A stretch of 31,435 nucleotides of DNA from Deltaproteobacteria bacterium RIFCSPHIGHO2_02_FULL_40_11 (lineage in GTDB: Bacteria; Bdellovibrionota; JACOXK01; 2-02-FULL-40-11). The notes beneath the pieces are model-generated. The model searched no databases. It worked only from the letters and a program-made list of their open reading frames with translations, and was not told where the DNA came from. Numbering within the stretch: position 1 is the first letter of the stretch; each line of letters opens with the position of its first letter. The stretch covers positions 4,761 to 36,195 of the forward strand of contig MGRI01000015.1 of NCBI GenBank assembly GCA_001798105.1. The letters run 5' to 3'. Of the stretch, positions 1-9,551 are shown in pieces. The position numbers and the translations under genes are program-made.

Positions 1-2
1 TT

Positions 3-737
3 GGCATGCCGCCCTTTAGTGGCTTTTTTAGTAAAGATGAAATCTTATGGATGGCCTTTAACAAAAATCCAATTTATTGGGTTTTAGGTGTTTTGGGTGC
101 TCTCATGACAACCTTTTATATGGTTCGTCTTTTTACACTTACATTTTACAGCGATTCCAAACTTGAAAAAGACAAACATGTTCATGAAGCCCCGCCACTC
201 ATGGCCTTGGCTCTCATTGTTTTAGCTTTGCTTTCTTTAATTGGCGGCCTCATTGGCTTTCCACATGTATTTCACAGTGCAATCCATTTGGAACATTTCT
301 TAGATGGGTTTTTAACCCCCGTTTTTTCATCGCGTCTCGAGTCGCATGGTTCACAGATGACAGAACTTAGCTTAATGGGGATTACGACGTTCACTTCGAT
401 CGTACTTGCCATTTATACTTTTATTCAATTTCATAAAAATAGAGATTGGCTCATACACCTCAAATTAAAATATGCCACTCCCCATAAACTTCTTTTAAAT
501 AAATACTATATAGATGAATTGTATGACAGGTATCTGGTTCAGCCTGTCCGAAAAATGGCGACATTTTTTTGGACCATCATCGACACCAAAATTATTGATG
601 GCGCTTTTAATGGGCTTGCCACCTTAAGTACTTATTTTGGATTTCAAACGGTCAAAACACAAACAGGAAATCTACAAACCTATGCGTTTGTATTCGTAGC
701 AGGCGTTGTAGCAATTTTACTTTTTATATGGTTTTAA
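3..737 (+). CDS. nuoL: NADH-quinone oxidoreductase subunit L, 3' part (5' end outside window)
   Basis: Frame is open to the window edge; GMPPFSGFFSKDEI and YYIDELYD motifs; hydrophobic; directly upstream of nuoM and nuoN. Confidence 0.95.
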   Translation, partial: GMPPFSGFFSKDEILWMAFNKNPIYWVLGVLGALMTTFYMVRLFTLTFYSDSKLEKDKHVHEAPPLMALALIVLALLSLIGGLIGFPHVFHSAIHLEHFLDGFLTPVFSSRLESHGSQMTELSLMGITTFTSIVLAIYTFIQFHKNRDWLIHLKLKYATPHKLLLNKYYIDELYDRYLVQPVRKMATFFWTIIDTKIIDGAFNGLATLSTYFGFQTVKTQTGNLQTYAFVFVAGVVAILLFIWF

Positions 738-740
738 AAT

Positions 741-2270
741 ATGAACTTTGAAAACACCCTCCTAACACTTTTAATTTTAATTCCTTTCATTGGCACCTTA
801 AAAATTTTATTCATGCCCAAAACGTATGAAAAATATCTTATGTGGATTGCTTTTGGATTTTCTGTTTTTGAGTTTTTACTTTCTCTAACGCTACTTTGTT
901 ATTTCGATTCCACTTCCCATCTTTTGCAATTGGTCCAAAAAGTAAGTTGGATTTCTACATTTGGTATTTCTTATTTTGTGGGGATCGATGGCATTAGCCT
1001 TTGGCTTGTCCTTTTAACAACATTTCTGACGCCCTTGGTTATTGTGGCCACAACACCTCAAAAACATACCCGCATGTATTTGGCGAGTTTTCTCTTTTTA
1101 GAAACGGCCATGATTGGCACATTTGTCGCTTTAGATCTCTTCTTATTTTACGTCTTTTGGGAAATGATGCTTGTTCCCATGTATTTTATTATTGGAATTT
1201 GGGGTGGAGCTCGAAGAATTTATGCCACCTTGAAGTTTGTTCTTTTTACATTGGCAGGTGGGGTTTTAATGCTTTTGGGCATTATCTTTTTGGTGTACTT
1301 GTATCATGACCAATTTGGGGTTTTTTCGGCAAGCCTCTTAGACATGTACTCTTTACAAATCCCCTCAGAATATGGTCAACTTTTAACACCGCAAAATCTT
1401 TTATTTTTAGCCTTTACCTTGGCCTTTATCATTAAAGTCCCTATGTTTCCATTTCATACTTGGCTCCCGGATGCACACGTGGAAGCCCCCACAGGGGGGA
1501 GCGTTATTTTAGCCGGCGTCCTTTTAAAAATGGGAACCTATGGCTATTTAAGGTTTGCCCTTCCCCTTTTTCCACAAGCAGCAACCTATTTTACCCCCAT
1601 CCTTTTTACACTGGCGCTCATTGGGATTATTTATGGTGCTCTTTTGGCTCTGGCGCAACTCGATTTAAAAAAATTGGTGGCGTATTCTTCGATTTCACAC
1701 ATGGGGCTCATTATGCTGGGCATTTTTGCGCTCACACCCAATGGGGTGAGTGGCGGTATTTTTCAAATGCTCAGTCATGGCCTTGCAACCGGGGCATTGT
1801 TCTTAATGGTAGGGATGATTTATGAACGAAGACATACCCGGGAACTTGATCAATTTGGGGGCCTTGCGCAGACCATGCCCATTTTTTCTTCTTTTTTAGT
1901 TCTTTTTACACTTTCATCCATTGCTTTTCCATCCACCAATGGGTTTGTGGGTGAATTTTTAATTTTATTAGGTGTTTTTCAAAACAATCCTTGGATTTCG
2001 GCCCTTGCAGCAACATCGGTCGTCTTGGGTGCTTACTATATGTTATCGATGATTCAAAAAGTTATTTTTGGGAGCATTCGTTACGCTGAAAATAAAAGTT
2101 TAAAAGATCTTTCTATAAAAGAAATTTCGGTCCTGGTTCCCATTGTGATTCTTATTTTTTGGATGGGGCTTTATCCCAAACCCTTTTTATCGCGCATGGA
2201 AAAATCTGTGGATTATTTAATTACACACGCCCAAAATTATGATTTAGGCGTATACGAGAAGAACAAATGA
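741..2270 (+). CDS. nuoM: NADH-quinone oxidoreductase subunit M
   Basis: DLFLFYVFWEMMLVPMYFIIGIWG, IKVPMFPFHTWLPDAHVEAPT and LKKLVAYSSISHMG motifs. Confidence 0.97.
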   Translation: MNFENTLLTLLILIPFIGTLKILFMPKTYEKYLMWIAFGFSVFEFLLSLTLLCYFDSTSHLLQLVQKVSWISTFGISYFVGIDGISLWLVLLTTFLTPLVIVATTPQKHTRMYLASFLFLETAMIGTFVALDLFLFYVFWEMMLVPMYFIIGIWGGARRIYATLKFVLFTLAGGVLMLLGIIFLVYLYHDQFGVFSASLLDMYSLQIPSEYGQLLTPQNLLFLAFTLAFIIKVPMFPFHTWLPDAHVEAPTGGSVILAGVLLKMGTYGYLRFALPLFPQAATYFTPILFTLALIGIIYGALLALAQLDLKKLVAYSSISHMGLIMLGIFALTPNGVSGGIFQMLSHGLATGALFLMVGMIYERRHTRELDQFGGLAQTMPIFSSFLVLFTLSSIAFPSTNGFVGEFLILLGVFQNNPWISALAATSVVLGAYYMLSMIQKVIFGSIRYAENKSLKDLSIKEISVLVPIVILIFWMGLYPKPFLSRMEKSVDYLITHAQNYDLGVYEKNK

Positions 2271-3706
2271 TTTGCATATCTCCTATTCTGGTAATTATTT
2301 TTACATCCATATTTGTCTTACTTTTGGATGCCTTTTTACCCAATGGAGACAAAAAACTCTTAGCCATCATTACCGGCCTTGGGTTGGTCATCGCGGGCGC
2401 CACTTCCTATCTATTATGGGAAGCTCAACCGCAGTCTCTCTTTCATCAAGCTTTGAGAATTGACCAATTTTCAATCTTTTTTAACTTCATTTTTTTATTT
2501 TTAACAGGATTTACCTTGGTGTCAGCCCTACCCAAGTTTGATTCTCAACACCCTTTCCCAGGTGAGTTTTTCTTTTTCTTATTGGCCGCATGTAGTGGCA
2601 TGATGCTCATGGCATCTTCATCCGATTTGATTACATTTTTTATGAGCTTAGAAATCATGAGCTTAACGCTTTATGTTTTAACCGGCCTTTATAAACAACG
2701 CATACAATCCATTGAAGCTTCGCTAAAGTATTTTTTATTGGGTGCCTTTTCGACAGGTTTTTTACTTTTAGGCATTGTTTTTATTTATGCGGCAACCCAT
2801 ACAACAAGTTTTGCAGCCATTGGACATTATCTCATTACATCAGAACACGTCTTACCCCCTATTTTTATGCTGGGCGTAGGGTTACTTCTGACTGGATTTG
2901 CATTTAAAGTTGGCGCGGTGCCCTTTCACATGTGGGTTCCAGATGTATATGAAGGCGCCCCAACAGTCATTACAGGCTACATGGCAACTGCTGTAAAAGC
3001 AGCTGGATTTGCCGTTCTCATTCGGTTCTTTTTGGTCACGCTGCTTCCGATTTTAAATTCATTTTCGACGGTAATGATCACGATTACGATTTTAACCATG
3101 ACTGTTGGCAACTTGGCTGCCCTGATACAAAATAATATCAAACGCATGCTGGCTTATTCCAGCATTGCACATGCAGGGTATATTTTAATCGCCATTTGTA
3201 GCGCCAATAGCCAAAGCTTTAATTTAAGTATCGGAGCCGTTGTGTTTTATCTGGTGGCTTATGGCATGATGACGTTTGGTGCTTTTATTGTATTAAGCGC
3301 CGTGAGCACACACAAACACATTCACACTTTAAAGGATGTCATAGGATTAGGGTTTAAAAATCCATGGCTTGGCGCCTCTTTTTCAGTATTTTTGCTTTCG
3401 CTTACAGGTATTCCTTTGACAGCGGGATTTATTGGAAAATTCTATATTTTTAGTACGGCCCTCAAAGCCGGTTTTTATGGCTTAGCCTTGATGGGAATCT
3501 TAAATAGTCTTCTTGCCGCGTATTATTATTTAAGGGTGATTGTGTACCTGTATATGAAAGATGAGGAAGGCGTTTTAGAAAAACAAACTCCAGAATTTGC
3601 GTGGCATGTGGTGATTGGCATCATGGCGTTTGCGACTTTATACTTTGGGATTTTCCCAACCCCTATCTTGAACTTCATCGAAAAAGCAGTGCTGGCGTTG
3701 TTTTAA
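2267..3706 (+). CDS. nuoN: NADH-quinone oxidoreductase subunit N
   Basis: SIEASLKYFLLG, FKVGAVPFHMWVPDVYEGAP and KRMLAYSSIAHAGY motifs; ATGA overlap with the nuoM stop. Confidence 0.96.
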   Translation: MICISPILVIIFTSIFVLLLDAFLPNGDKKLLAIITGLGLVIAGATSYLLWEAQPQSLFHQALRIDQFSIFFNFIFLFLTGFTLVSALPKFDSQHPFPGEFFFFLLAACSGMMLMASSSDLITFFMSLEIMSLTLYVLTGLYKQRIQSIEASLKYFLLGAFSTGFLLLGIVFIYAATHTTSFAAIGHYLITSEHVLPPIFMLGVGLLLTGFAFKVGAVPFHMWVPDVYEGAPTVITGYMATAVKAAGFAVLIRFFLVTLLPILNSFSTVMITITILTMTVGNLAALIQNNIKRMLAYSSIAHAGYILIAICSANSQSFNLSIGAVVFYLVAYGMMTFGAFIVLSAVSTHKHIHTLKDVIGLGFKNPWLGASFSVFLLSLTGIPLTAGFIGKFYIFSTALKAGFYGLALMGILNSLLAAYYYLRVIVYLYMKDEEGVLEKQTPEFAWHVVIGIMAFATLYFGIFPTPILNFIEKAVLALF

Positions 3707-3711
3707 TAGGA

Positions 3712-5313
3712 TTAAATTTTCCAAGCCACACGCACATCTCCTTTTCGAATCGTCCACTTTTGAATATCAAAAAACTCGAGATATGGAATGGCAAATTTTC
3801 GGCTTAGATTAAAATATGTTTTAATATCCGAAACACAAATCGACTCATTCTTTTGAAAATGGGTCTGAAGGGTTTGACGCACACGCTCTAATTGTACTTT
3901 TGTTAAATACATCGACTTTGGAAGCCGTATGATTTCTTGATTTGCTTCTAGAATTTTTAAAAATTCTTTTTCCAGATTTTGGGCTAAGAAAGGTTCAAAC
4001 GAAGATTCCAGGGGTTTTAGTTTTTCTAAAAATATTTTTGGAACCTGGGGACAGATCTCGAAGAGATCTGTCCCCTTTTTCCTTTTTGCCTGGGGAACAT
4101 CCATAAACCCCGCTAAACTTTGTGGCAAGCGCCCTGTCATATCTGAAAGCGTTTCCAATCGAAGCTCGGGACGCTCTTTGAAAAGTGTTTGGATATACGC
4201 TTGCATTTGGCCTGGATCTTTTTCCAACCAAAACTGTTTTGAAACTGGACTTGCATCAATGATTTGTCCGCCCCCCAAAAGCCGATTTGTTCTTAAAATA
4301 AAACGATCGCCCAAAATAAGCGGTTGGGGAGCAAAAAATTTCAAATAATACGTCATCCCCCTTTTCTTTTTAACCTGAACTTTCGCATGGGAGGTGCCAA
4401 AAAATAGGTCAATGAGGTCAGACCCGGGTCTACGACCGGTAGGTCTGACCCGGGTCTGACCCCATTGGATTTTTGCATACGCTTGGCATGTATCGAGCCT
4501 ACGATTGGGAACCGAAAGCACGTTTCCCACTTGAATCTCGTCTCGATCCACGCCTTTTAAATTCAAGGCCACGCGACTAGGGGCTTTGATCGAAGACACG
4601 CCCTTTCCATAGGCCTCGATACGACGAATTTTTGCTTTCTTGTGACTGGGATAAATTTCCACTTCCTGATCTAAAACAAGTGATCCTGCCATCAAAGTCC
4701 CAGTAACAATGGTTCCAAATCCATGTTTTGAAAAAATACGATCGATTGGAAGATAGTGTAGGCGATTTTCTTCTAAAGGGCTAAAAGATTCATTTAAAAT
4801 TTTAGAAATGCTCTCTTTTAAAACCTCAATTCCTGCAAGCGTTCGAGAAGACACTTCTACAATCGGCGCATTTTCTAAAAAGCTTCCCTTCGTAAATTCT
4901 TTTATTTCTTGAATGCGCGCTTCAATTTCATGTTTCAAAACCAAATCGGTCTTACTTAAAACCACAATGCCCTGCAAAACACCCAGGTATTTTAAAATTT
5001 CAAGATGTTCAATCGTTTGGGTGCAAATTCCTTCTTTTGCACTCACCACAAAGAGCACACACATCATTTGTGTGGCACCCTTTACCATATTTTTAATAAA
5101 ATTTTCGTGGCCTGGGACATCAATGATCCCAATCGTTCCAAAATCCTCCAAATGCAAAGGGGCATATCCCAATTGAATGCTCATGCCCCGTTTTTTTTCT
5201 TCTGGTAAGCGATCTGTACGAAGGCCGGTCAATGCTTGGACCAACTGAGTTTTACCATGGTCTACATGGCCTGCAGTCCCTAAAATGAAAGAACACTTTT
5301 TTAATGAATCCAT
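3712..5313 (-). CDS. selB: Selenocysteine-specific translation elongation factor (compact C-terminal region, two palindrome inserts)
   Basis: GTAGHVDHGKT P-loop, TDRLPEEKKRGMSIQLGYA, DVPGHENFIKNM, IDRIFSKHGFGTIVTGT; C-terminal SECIS-binding winged-helix signature SRKFAIPYLEFFD...TIRKGDVR. Confidence 0.95.
   Translation of the reverse strand: MDSLKKCSFILGTAGHVDHGKTQLVQALTGLRTDRLPEEKKRGMSIQLGYAPLHLEDFGTIGIIDVPGHENFIKNMVKGATQMMCVLFVVSAKEGICTQTIEHLEILKYLGVLQGIVVLSKTDLVLKHEIEARIQEIKEFTKGSFLENAPIVEVSSRTLAGIEVLKESISKILNESFSPLEENRLHYLPIDRIFSKHGFGTIVTGTLMAGSLVLDQEVEIYPSHKKAKIRRIEAYGKGVSSIKAPSRVALNLKGVDRDEIQVGNVLSVPNRRLDTCQAYAKIQWGQTRVRPTGRRPGSDLIDLFFGTSHAKVQVKKKRGMTYYLKFFAPQPLILGDRFILRTNRLLGGGQIIDASPVSKQFWLEKDPGQMQAYIQTLFKERPELRLETLSDMTGRLPQSLAGFMDVPQAKRKKGTDLFEICPQVPKIFLEKLKPLESSFEPFLAQNLEKEFLKILEANQEIIRLPKSMYLTKVQLERVRQTLQTHFQKNESICVSDIKTYFNLSRKFAIPYLEFFDIQKWTIRKGDVRVAWKI
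4047..4075. repeat. 29-bp palindrome GGGGACAGATCTC-GAA-GAGATCTGTCCCC inside selB
   Basis: Perfect 13-bp inverted arms, identical to the arms of the copy at 13232-13260. Confidence 0.9.
4410..4467. repeat. 58-bp palindrome (21-bp arms, 1 mismatch, 16-nt spacer) inside selB
   Basis: CAATGAGGTCAGACCCGGGTC (4410-4430) and GACCCGGGTCTGACCCCATTG (4447-4467); encodes QWGQTRVRPTGRRPGSDLI. Confidence 0.85.
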
Positions 5314-5335
5314 CCTATGCTATTCTATACCCCAA
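5314..5335. promoter_or_regulatory. Putative bidirectional promoter between selB and the TPR gene
   Basis: TG-n-TATTCT on + (5318-5326) overlaps TAGAAT on - (5327-5322); only 22 nt separate the divergent ATGs; no SD on either side. Confidence 0.45.
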
Positions 5336-8158
5336 ATGGATCAAGATACACTGAAAACACTGTTAAAAAAGTATGGTATTTCAAGCACACAAAAATATCA
5401 GATTCGAACAAAAAATCAAACGCTGTCTGGACCCCTGACCATTGAAGAAATTGCAAAAGCCATTATGGAGCAAAAATATTCTGCTCAAGATGACATTTCT
5501 GAATACCCAAAAGAACAATTTAAACCCTTGGCGCAAGAACCCATTTTCTATGACCTTTTATTTTCTATTTTGCAAAAAACGGATCTGACTGAAATTCAAA
5601 AAGAAGAGATCACGCGCGTTTTAGAAGATCCCATGACCGTTCAAAAACTCAAAAAAAGGGGCGCCACCCCTTCTTTATTTGTGCCCAAAAAGAAAAAAAG
5701 TAGGAGAAAAGAAGATACAGGGGCATTAACGATTTTGCCTCCCCCTCCAAAAAAAATTCCCATACGACGAATGGTGTTACTGTTTCTTTTTATCGTTTTT
5801 ATTTTTTCTGTCCTTCTTCTTTTACAAAATACACAACAAAAACCACATCCAGAACAAATAGAACCGGCTCAGAAAACCTATCTTGAAATTTGGATTCCAC
5901 CCCAAACAGTCGCAAGTCCTTCGGTTTTAAAAGCAAAACAAAACTTTGAAGAAGCCCAAAACTTATATCCTAAAGATACTGTCCGATCTTATGAAGAAAG
6001 TATTCAATACTTGAAAGAGGCACTAAAAGCCTACCCAAAAGATGTTTCTTCTCTGTCTTTGCTTGCGAAGTGCTATTTACAACTTTGGGATCTATCGAAA
6101 AAAGATGTGGAATATTTCGAAAAAGTGGATCAAATTATTCAACGCGCACTTGAAATCGACCCTTCTCACCTCCAAGCAAAACAAGCTTTAGTATTTTTAT
6201 ACTTTAGAAAAAAGAACACTCAAAAAGCTACAGAAATACTTTCGCAGCTTAAAACCCAAAACAATTTAGACGGAGAAACATTCTTACTGGAAGGCCTTTT
6301 ATTTTTTGAACAAAATGAACTGAATCAAAGCATTGTCGCGTTTGAAAAAGCCCTGGAAAGATCTCCCGCTTTAGCACAATGCCATTATGCTTTAGGCAAA
6401 ACATATGAAAAACTCAATCAACCTGAAAAAGCTTATGAAATTTATTGGATTGGTCTGAATTTGCATCCGGAACACGCCTTAAGTCGTCTGCAGGCGAGTC
6501 TGATTGATATTCAAACATTTAATCATTTAAAAAAAGCGGAGGGAAATTTAAAAATTGTGACGCAATTTCCATCTCTATTAACAGATGAAAATCTTGCAAC
6601 CGCACACTACCACTTAGGATGGATTTATGAGGAAGAAAAGCAATTTGATTATGCCATTCAACACTATCAAAAAGCCCATGATCTGATGCCGGGAAACACA
6701 ATTTATACCCAAGCCTACGAGCGCCTGGGAGGAGCACAAGCCGTAAAGAGTCTCCCAAAAGATATTCAAATTCATGAAGAATCCCTTTATTTTTTAAATA
6801 TTGGGCGCCGTTATTTAAAAGACAATCGTCTCATTGATGCCAAAGCGCAATTCAAAGCAGCGCTTGAAATTGATGTAAAAAACCACCTGGCCCATTATGA
6901 ATTAGGCCAAATTTCAGAAAAAGAAAACCTTCTTAAAAAGGCCATGGAACATTACCAGCGCGCGCTTTCAATTAAAGCCTCACACATTGATTCTTACGTC
7001 GCTTTGGCAAAAATATATATCCATTATTATGATTTTGATGCAGCACTCCAATACATTTCAAAGGTAAAAAGCATTGAACCCAGGTCTTCTGAAATTTATG
7101 CTTTATCTGGTTTTTACCACAAACAAAAAGGCGATTTTCCAAAAGCGATATTAGAATATCAAAAAGCGGTGCAATTGAATCCAGAACATTATGAAGCATT
7201 ATTTGAATTAGCCAAACTCTACCGCCACACCAAACAATATGCATATGCAGAAAAATATTTTTTTAGAGCACTCACCCTTCAACCCAATGCAGATACCATT
7301 CAAACACAAGTCGCCTTGCTCTATTATGAAAGAGGGTTAAAATCGCAAGCGGTGGATCACCTGAAAAAACTGGTTTCCGCTTATCCATTAAATACGGTGT
7401 ATTTGAATGGACTCTCAAAATTATACCACTTGAATGAAAATTTTCAGTTTTCAAAAGAAACCTATTTAAAATCTTTTGAGTTGGATTCTAAAAATATTGA
7501 AACGCTTGAGGGATTGGCCGAATTGTACCAAGACACAGATGAACTGGAAAAGGCACTCAAAATGTATAAGGAAACTTTGAAACTCGACCCTACAAATGCC
7601 AAATGGTATTTTAAGCGTGCGGCCTTACACACTAAAAGTGGCGATTTACATCAAGCTTTAGATGAGTATAAATTGGCGTCACAAATTAATACAAAGTATC
7701 CCTTGGTACATTTCTATGCCGGAAGAACGGCGCTGATTTTAAAAAATTATCGCCTTGCAGAACAAGAATTTAAAAAAGAAATTGAAATTAATCCTCACTT
7801 AAAGGAACCCTACTTTTTACTGGCCGAATTGTATACACAAGCTCGCCAATTTGAAAATGCGCAAAAAAACTACAAAATGTATATTCGACTCGATCCCAAT
7901 AACGCACAGGCTTATTTTAATTTGGCGCAAATTCATCAAGCTCAAGAACGATTCGAAACAGCCATTGAATTTTATAAAACAGCTTTAGACAAAAACTCAG
8001 ATATGGCCGATGTATACCTACAACTGGGGATTGTTTATCGTCATTTAGATCGAAAAAGTGACGCCATTTGGGCCTTCCAAAATTATCTTCGTGTCAATCC
8101 AGATGCGGACAATATTGAACAAATCAAAAAACTGATCCAACAATTGCGTGGATATTAA
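5336..8158 (+). CDS. Large membrane-anchored TPR-repeat protein with N-terminal GYF_2-like domain
   Basis: Many ~34-aa TPR units (e.g. AHYHLGWIY...AIQHYQKAHDLMP, AYFNLAQIH...AIEFYKTALDKNS); one hydrophobic helix MVLLFLFIVFIFSVLLLL after a basic, Pro-rich linker. Start at ATG 5336 preferred over 5285, which overlaps selB. Confidence 0.85.
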   Translation: MDQDTLKTLLKKYGISSTQKYQIRTKNQTLSGPLTIEEIAKAIMEQKYSAQDDISEYPKEQFKPLAQEPIFYDLLFSILQKTDLTEIQKEEITRVLEDPMTVQKLKKRGATPSLFVPKKKKSRRKEDTGALTILPPPPKKIPIRRMVLLFLFIVFIFSVLLLLQNTQQKPHPEQIEPAQKTYLEIWIPPQTVASPSVLKAKQNFEEAQNLYPKDTVRSYEESIQYLKEALKAYPKDVSSLSLLAKCYLQLWDLSKKDVEYFEKVDQIIQRALEIDPSHLQAKQALVFLYFRKKNTQKATEILSQLKTQNNLDGETFLLEGLLFFEQNELNQSIVAFEKALERSPALAQCHYALGKTYEKLNQPEKAYEIYWIGLNLHPEHALSRLQASLIDIQTFNHLKKAEGNLKIVTQFPSLLTDENLATAHYHLGWIYEEEKQFDYAIQHYQKAHDLMPGNTIYTQAYERLGGAQAVKSLPKDIQIHEESLYFLNIGRRYLKDNRLIDAKAQFKAALEIDVKNHLAHYELGQISEKENLLKKAMEHYQRALSIKASHIDSYVALAKIYIHYYDFDAALQYISKVKSIEPRSSEIYALSGFYHKQKGDFPKAILEYQKAVQLNPEHYEALFELAKLYRHTKQYAYAEKYFFRALTLQPNADTIQTQVALLYYERGLKSQAVDHLKKLVSAYPLNTVYLNGLSKLYHLNENFQFSKETYLKSFELDSKNIETLEGLAELYQDTDELEKALKMYKETLKLDPTNAKWYFKRAALHTKSGDLHQALDEYKLASQINTKYPLVHFYAGRTALILKNYRLAEQEFKKEIEINPHLKEPYFLLAELYTQARQFENAQKNYKMYIRLDPNNAQAYFNLAQIHQAQERFETAIEFYKTALDKNSDMADVYLQLGIVYRHLDRKSDAIWAFQNYLRVNPDADNIEQIKKLIQQLRGY

Positions 8159-8172
8159 AAAAATGTTACCTT
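8144..8172 (+). promoter_or_regulatory. Putative sigma70 promoter of serS
   Basis: TTGCGT (8144-8149), 17 nt, TACCTT (8167-8172) with TG extension; 9 nt before the ATG. Confidence 0.45.
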
Positions 8173-8181
8173 TTTTGAATC

Positions 8182-9453
8182 ATGCTGGACTTAAAATACA
8201 TTTCTGAAAACCTGGATGCGGTCAAAAAAAACCTATCCCTTCGCGGTGAAGACCCTAAAAATCTAGACGACGTTATTCAATTAAACGAACAAAGAAAAAA
8301 ACTCATTTTTGAAAGCGAGCAATTGCGCAAAAAACAAAATGATGTCTCTCAAGAAATCGTAAAATTAAAACAAGAAAAAAAAGACACTTCCAAACTTTTT
8401 TCAGAAATGAAAGAAGTATCCCAAAAGGTAAAAGACTTGCAAACCCAACTTACGGAAATTCAAGGGAATCTGGCACAAAAACTTTTGGTATTGCCGAATC
8501 TTACCCATGCTTCTGTCCCACAGGGAAAAACTGCCCAAGATAATAAAGTGATCCGAACCTGGGGGAAAATTCCAAAATTTGAGTTCACCCCGAAAGATCA
8601 CCAAGCTTTAGGCGAAAAACTTGGAATTTTAGACATGGAAAGGGCTTCCAAAATTACAGGCGCCCGGTTTTCTTTACTGAAAGGCATGGGCGCAAAACTA
8701 GAGCGTGCTTTAATTCAGTTTATGTTAGACCTCAATACCCAAGAAGGAAAATATACTGAAATTTTCCCGCCTTTAATGGTGAATACCAAGGCCATGGTGG
8801 GGACGGGACAACTTCCCAAATTCGAAGCAGATGCTTTTAAAGTGCAAGACACAAAATATTTTTTAATTCCAACAGCTGAGGTTCCACTTACAAATATTTA
8901 TCGAGAAGAAATTCTAGAAAAAACGGACCTTCCTATTTATATGACAGCCTATACACCTTGCTTTCGAAGTGAAGCGGGATCGCATGGAAAAGATGTCAGA
9001 GGCCTCATTCGCCAGCATCAGTTTAATAAGGTGGAAATTGTAAAAATTGTTGAACCTGAAACCTCTTATGACGAACTGGAAAAACTATTAGCCGATGCAG
9101 AAAAGATCTTACAAAAATTAGAACTTCCATATCGCGTAGTAGCGCTGTGTACAGGCGATATCGGCTTTGGGGCAGCCAAAACGTATGACATTGAAGTTTG
9201 GCTTCCCAGTCAAAACTGTTATCGGGAGATTTCTTCATGTACAAACTTTGAAGATTTTCAAGCAAGACGGATGAACTTAAAATATAAACCTGATTCCAAC
9301 GCAAAACCCCGTTTTCCACATACACTCAATGGCTCGGCGTTGGCGGTGGGCAGAACCTGGTTAGCCATTTTAGAGAATTTTCAGATGAAAGACGGATCTA
9401 TTCAGATTCCAAAAGTTCTTCAGTCTTACATGGGGACAGATTTAATCAAATGA
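8182..9453 (+). CDS. serS: Seryl-tRNA synthetase
   Basis: N-terminal coiled-coil arm; [53 protein letters not shown] and [12 protein letters not shown] motifs. Confidence 0.98.
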   Translation: MLDLKYISENLDAVKKNLSLRGEDPKNLDDVIQLNEQRKKLIFESEQLRKKQNDVSQEIVKLKQEKKDTSKLFSEMKEVSQKVKDLQTQLTEIQGNLAQKLLVLPNLTHASVPQGKTAQDNKVIRTWGKIPKFEFTPKDHQALGEKLGILDMERASKITGARFSLLKGMGAKLERALIQFMLDLNTQEGKYTEIFPPLMVNTKAMVGTGQLPKFEADAFKVQDTKYFLIPTAEVPLTNIYREEILEKTDLPIYMTAYTPCFRSEAGSHGKDVRGLIRQHQFNKVEIVKIVEPETSYDELEKLLADAEKILQKLELPYRVVALCTGDIGFGAAKTYDIEVWLPSQNCYREISSCTNFEDFQARRMNLKYKPDSNAKPRFPHTLNGSALAVGRTWLAILENFQMKDGSIQIPKVLQSYMGTDLIK

Positions 9454-9456
9454 TCG

Positions 9457-9543
9457 GGAGAGGTGGCAGAGCGGTTGAATGCGGCGGTCTTGAAAACCGT
9501 TAGACCCGAAAGGGTCTCGGGAGTTCGAATCTCCCCCTCTCCG
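9457..9543 (+). tRNA. tRNA-Ser (anticodon TGA), long variable arm, no encoded CCA
   Basis: Acceptor GGAGAGG/CCTCTCC + G73; anticodon arm GCGGT-CT TGA AA-ACCGT; GTTCGAATC T-loop. Confidence 0.96.
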
Positions 9544-9551
9544 AATTCCAA

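Noticed and set aside
3707-3711. Intrinsic terminators between convergent gene pairs (nuoN/selB, GT87/methyltransferase, CgeB/acyltransferase)
   Set aside because: The gaps are 5 nt, an overlap, and 7 nt; no convincing GC hairpin plus U-tract was found.
5285-5335. Longer start of the TPR gene overlapping selB
   Set aside because: It would overlap the selB start head-to-head and cover the likely promoter; ATG 5336 is more plausible, though not proven.
6100-8158. CRISPR-like or tandem DNA repeat array
   Set aside because: Periodicity here exists only at protein level (TPR units); no regularly spaced identical DNA repeats were seen anywhere in the window.
9457-9543. tRNA-Sec (selC), suggested by nearby selB and the letters TGA in the loop
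   Set aside because: The anticodon reads TGA (decodes UCA, Ser), not TCA; the acceptor stem is 7 bp with ordinary Ser features.
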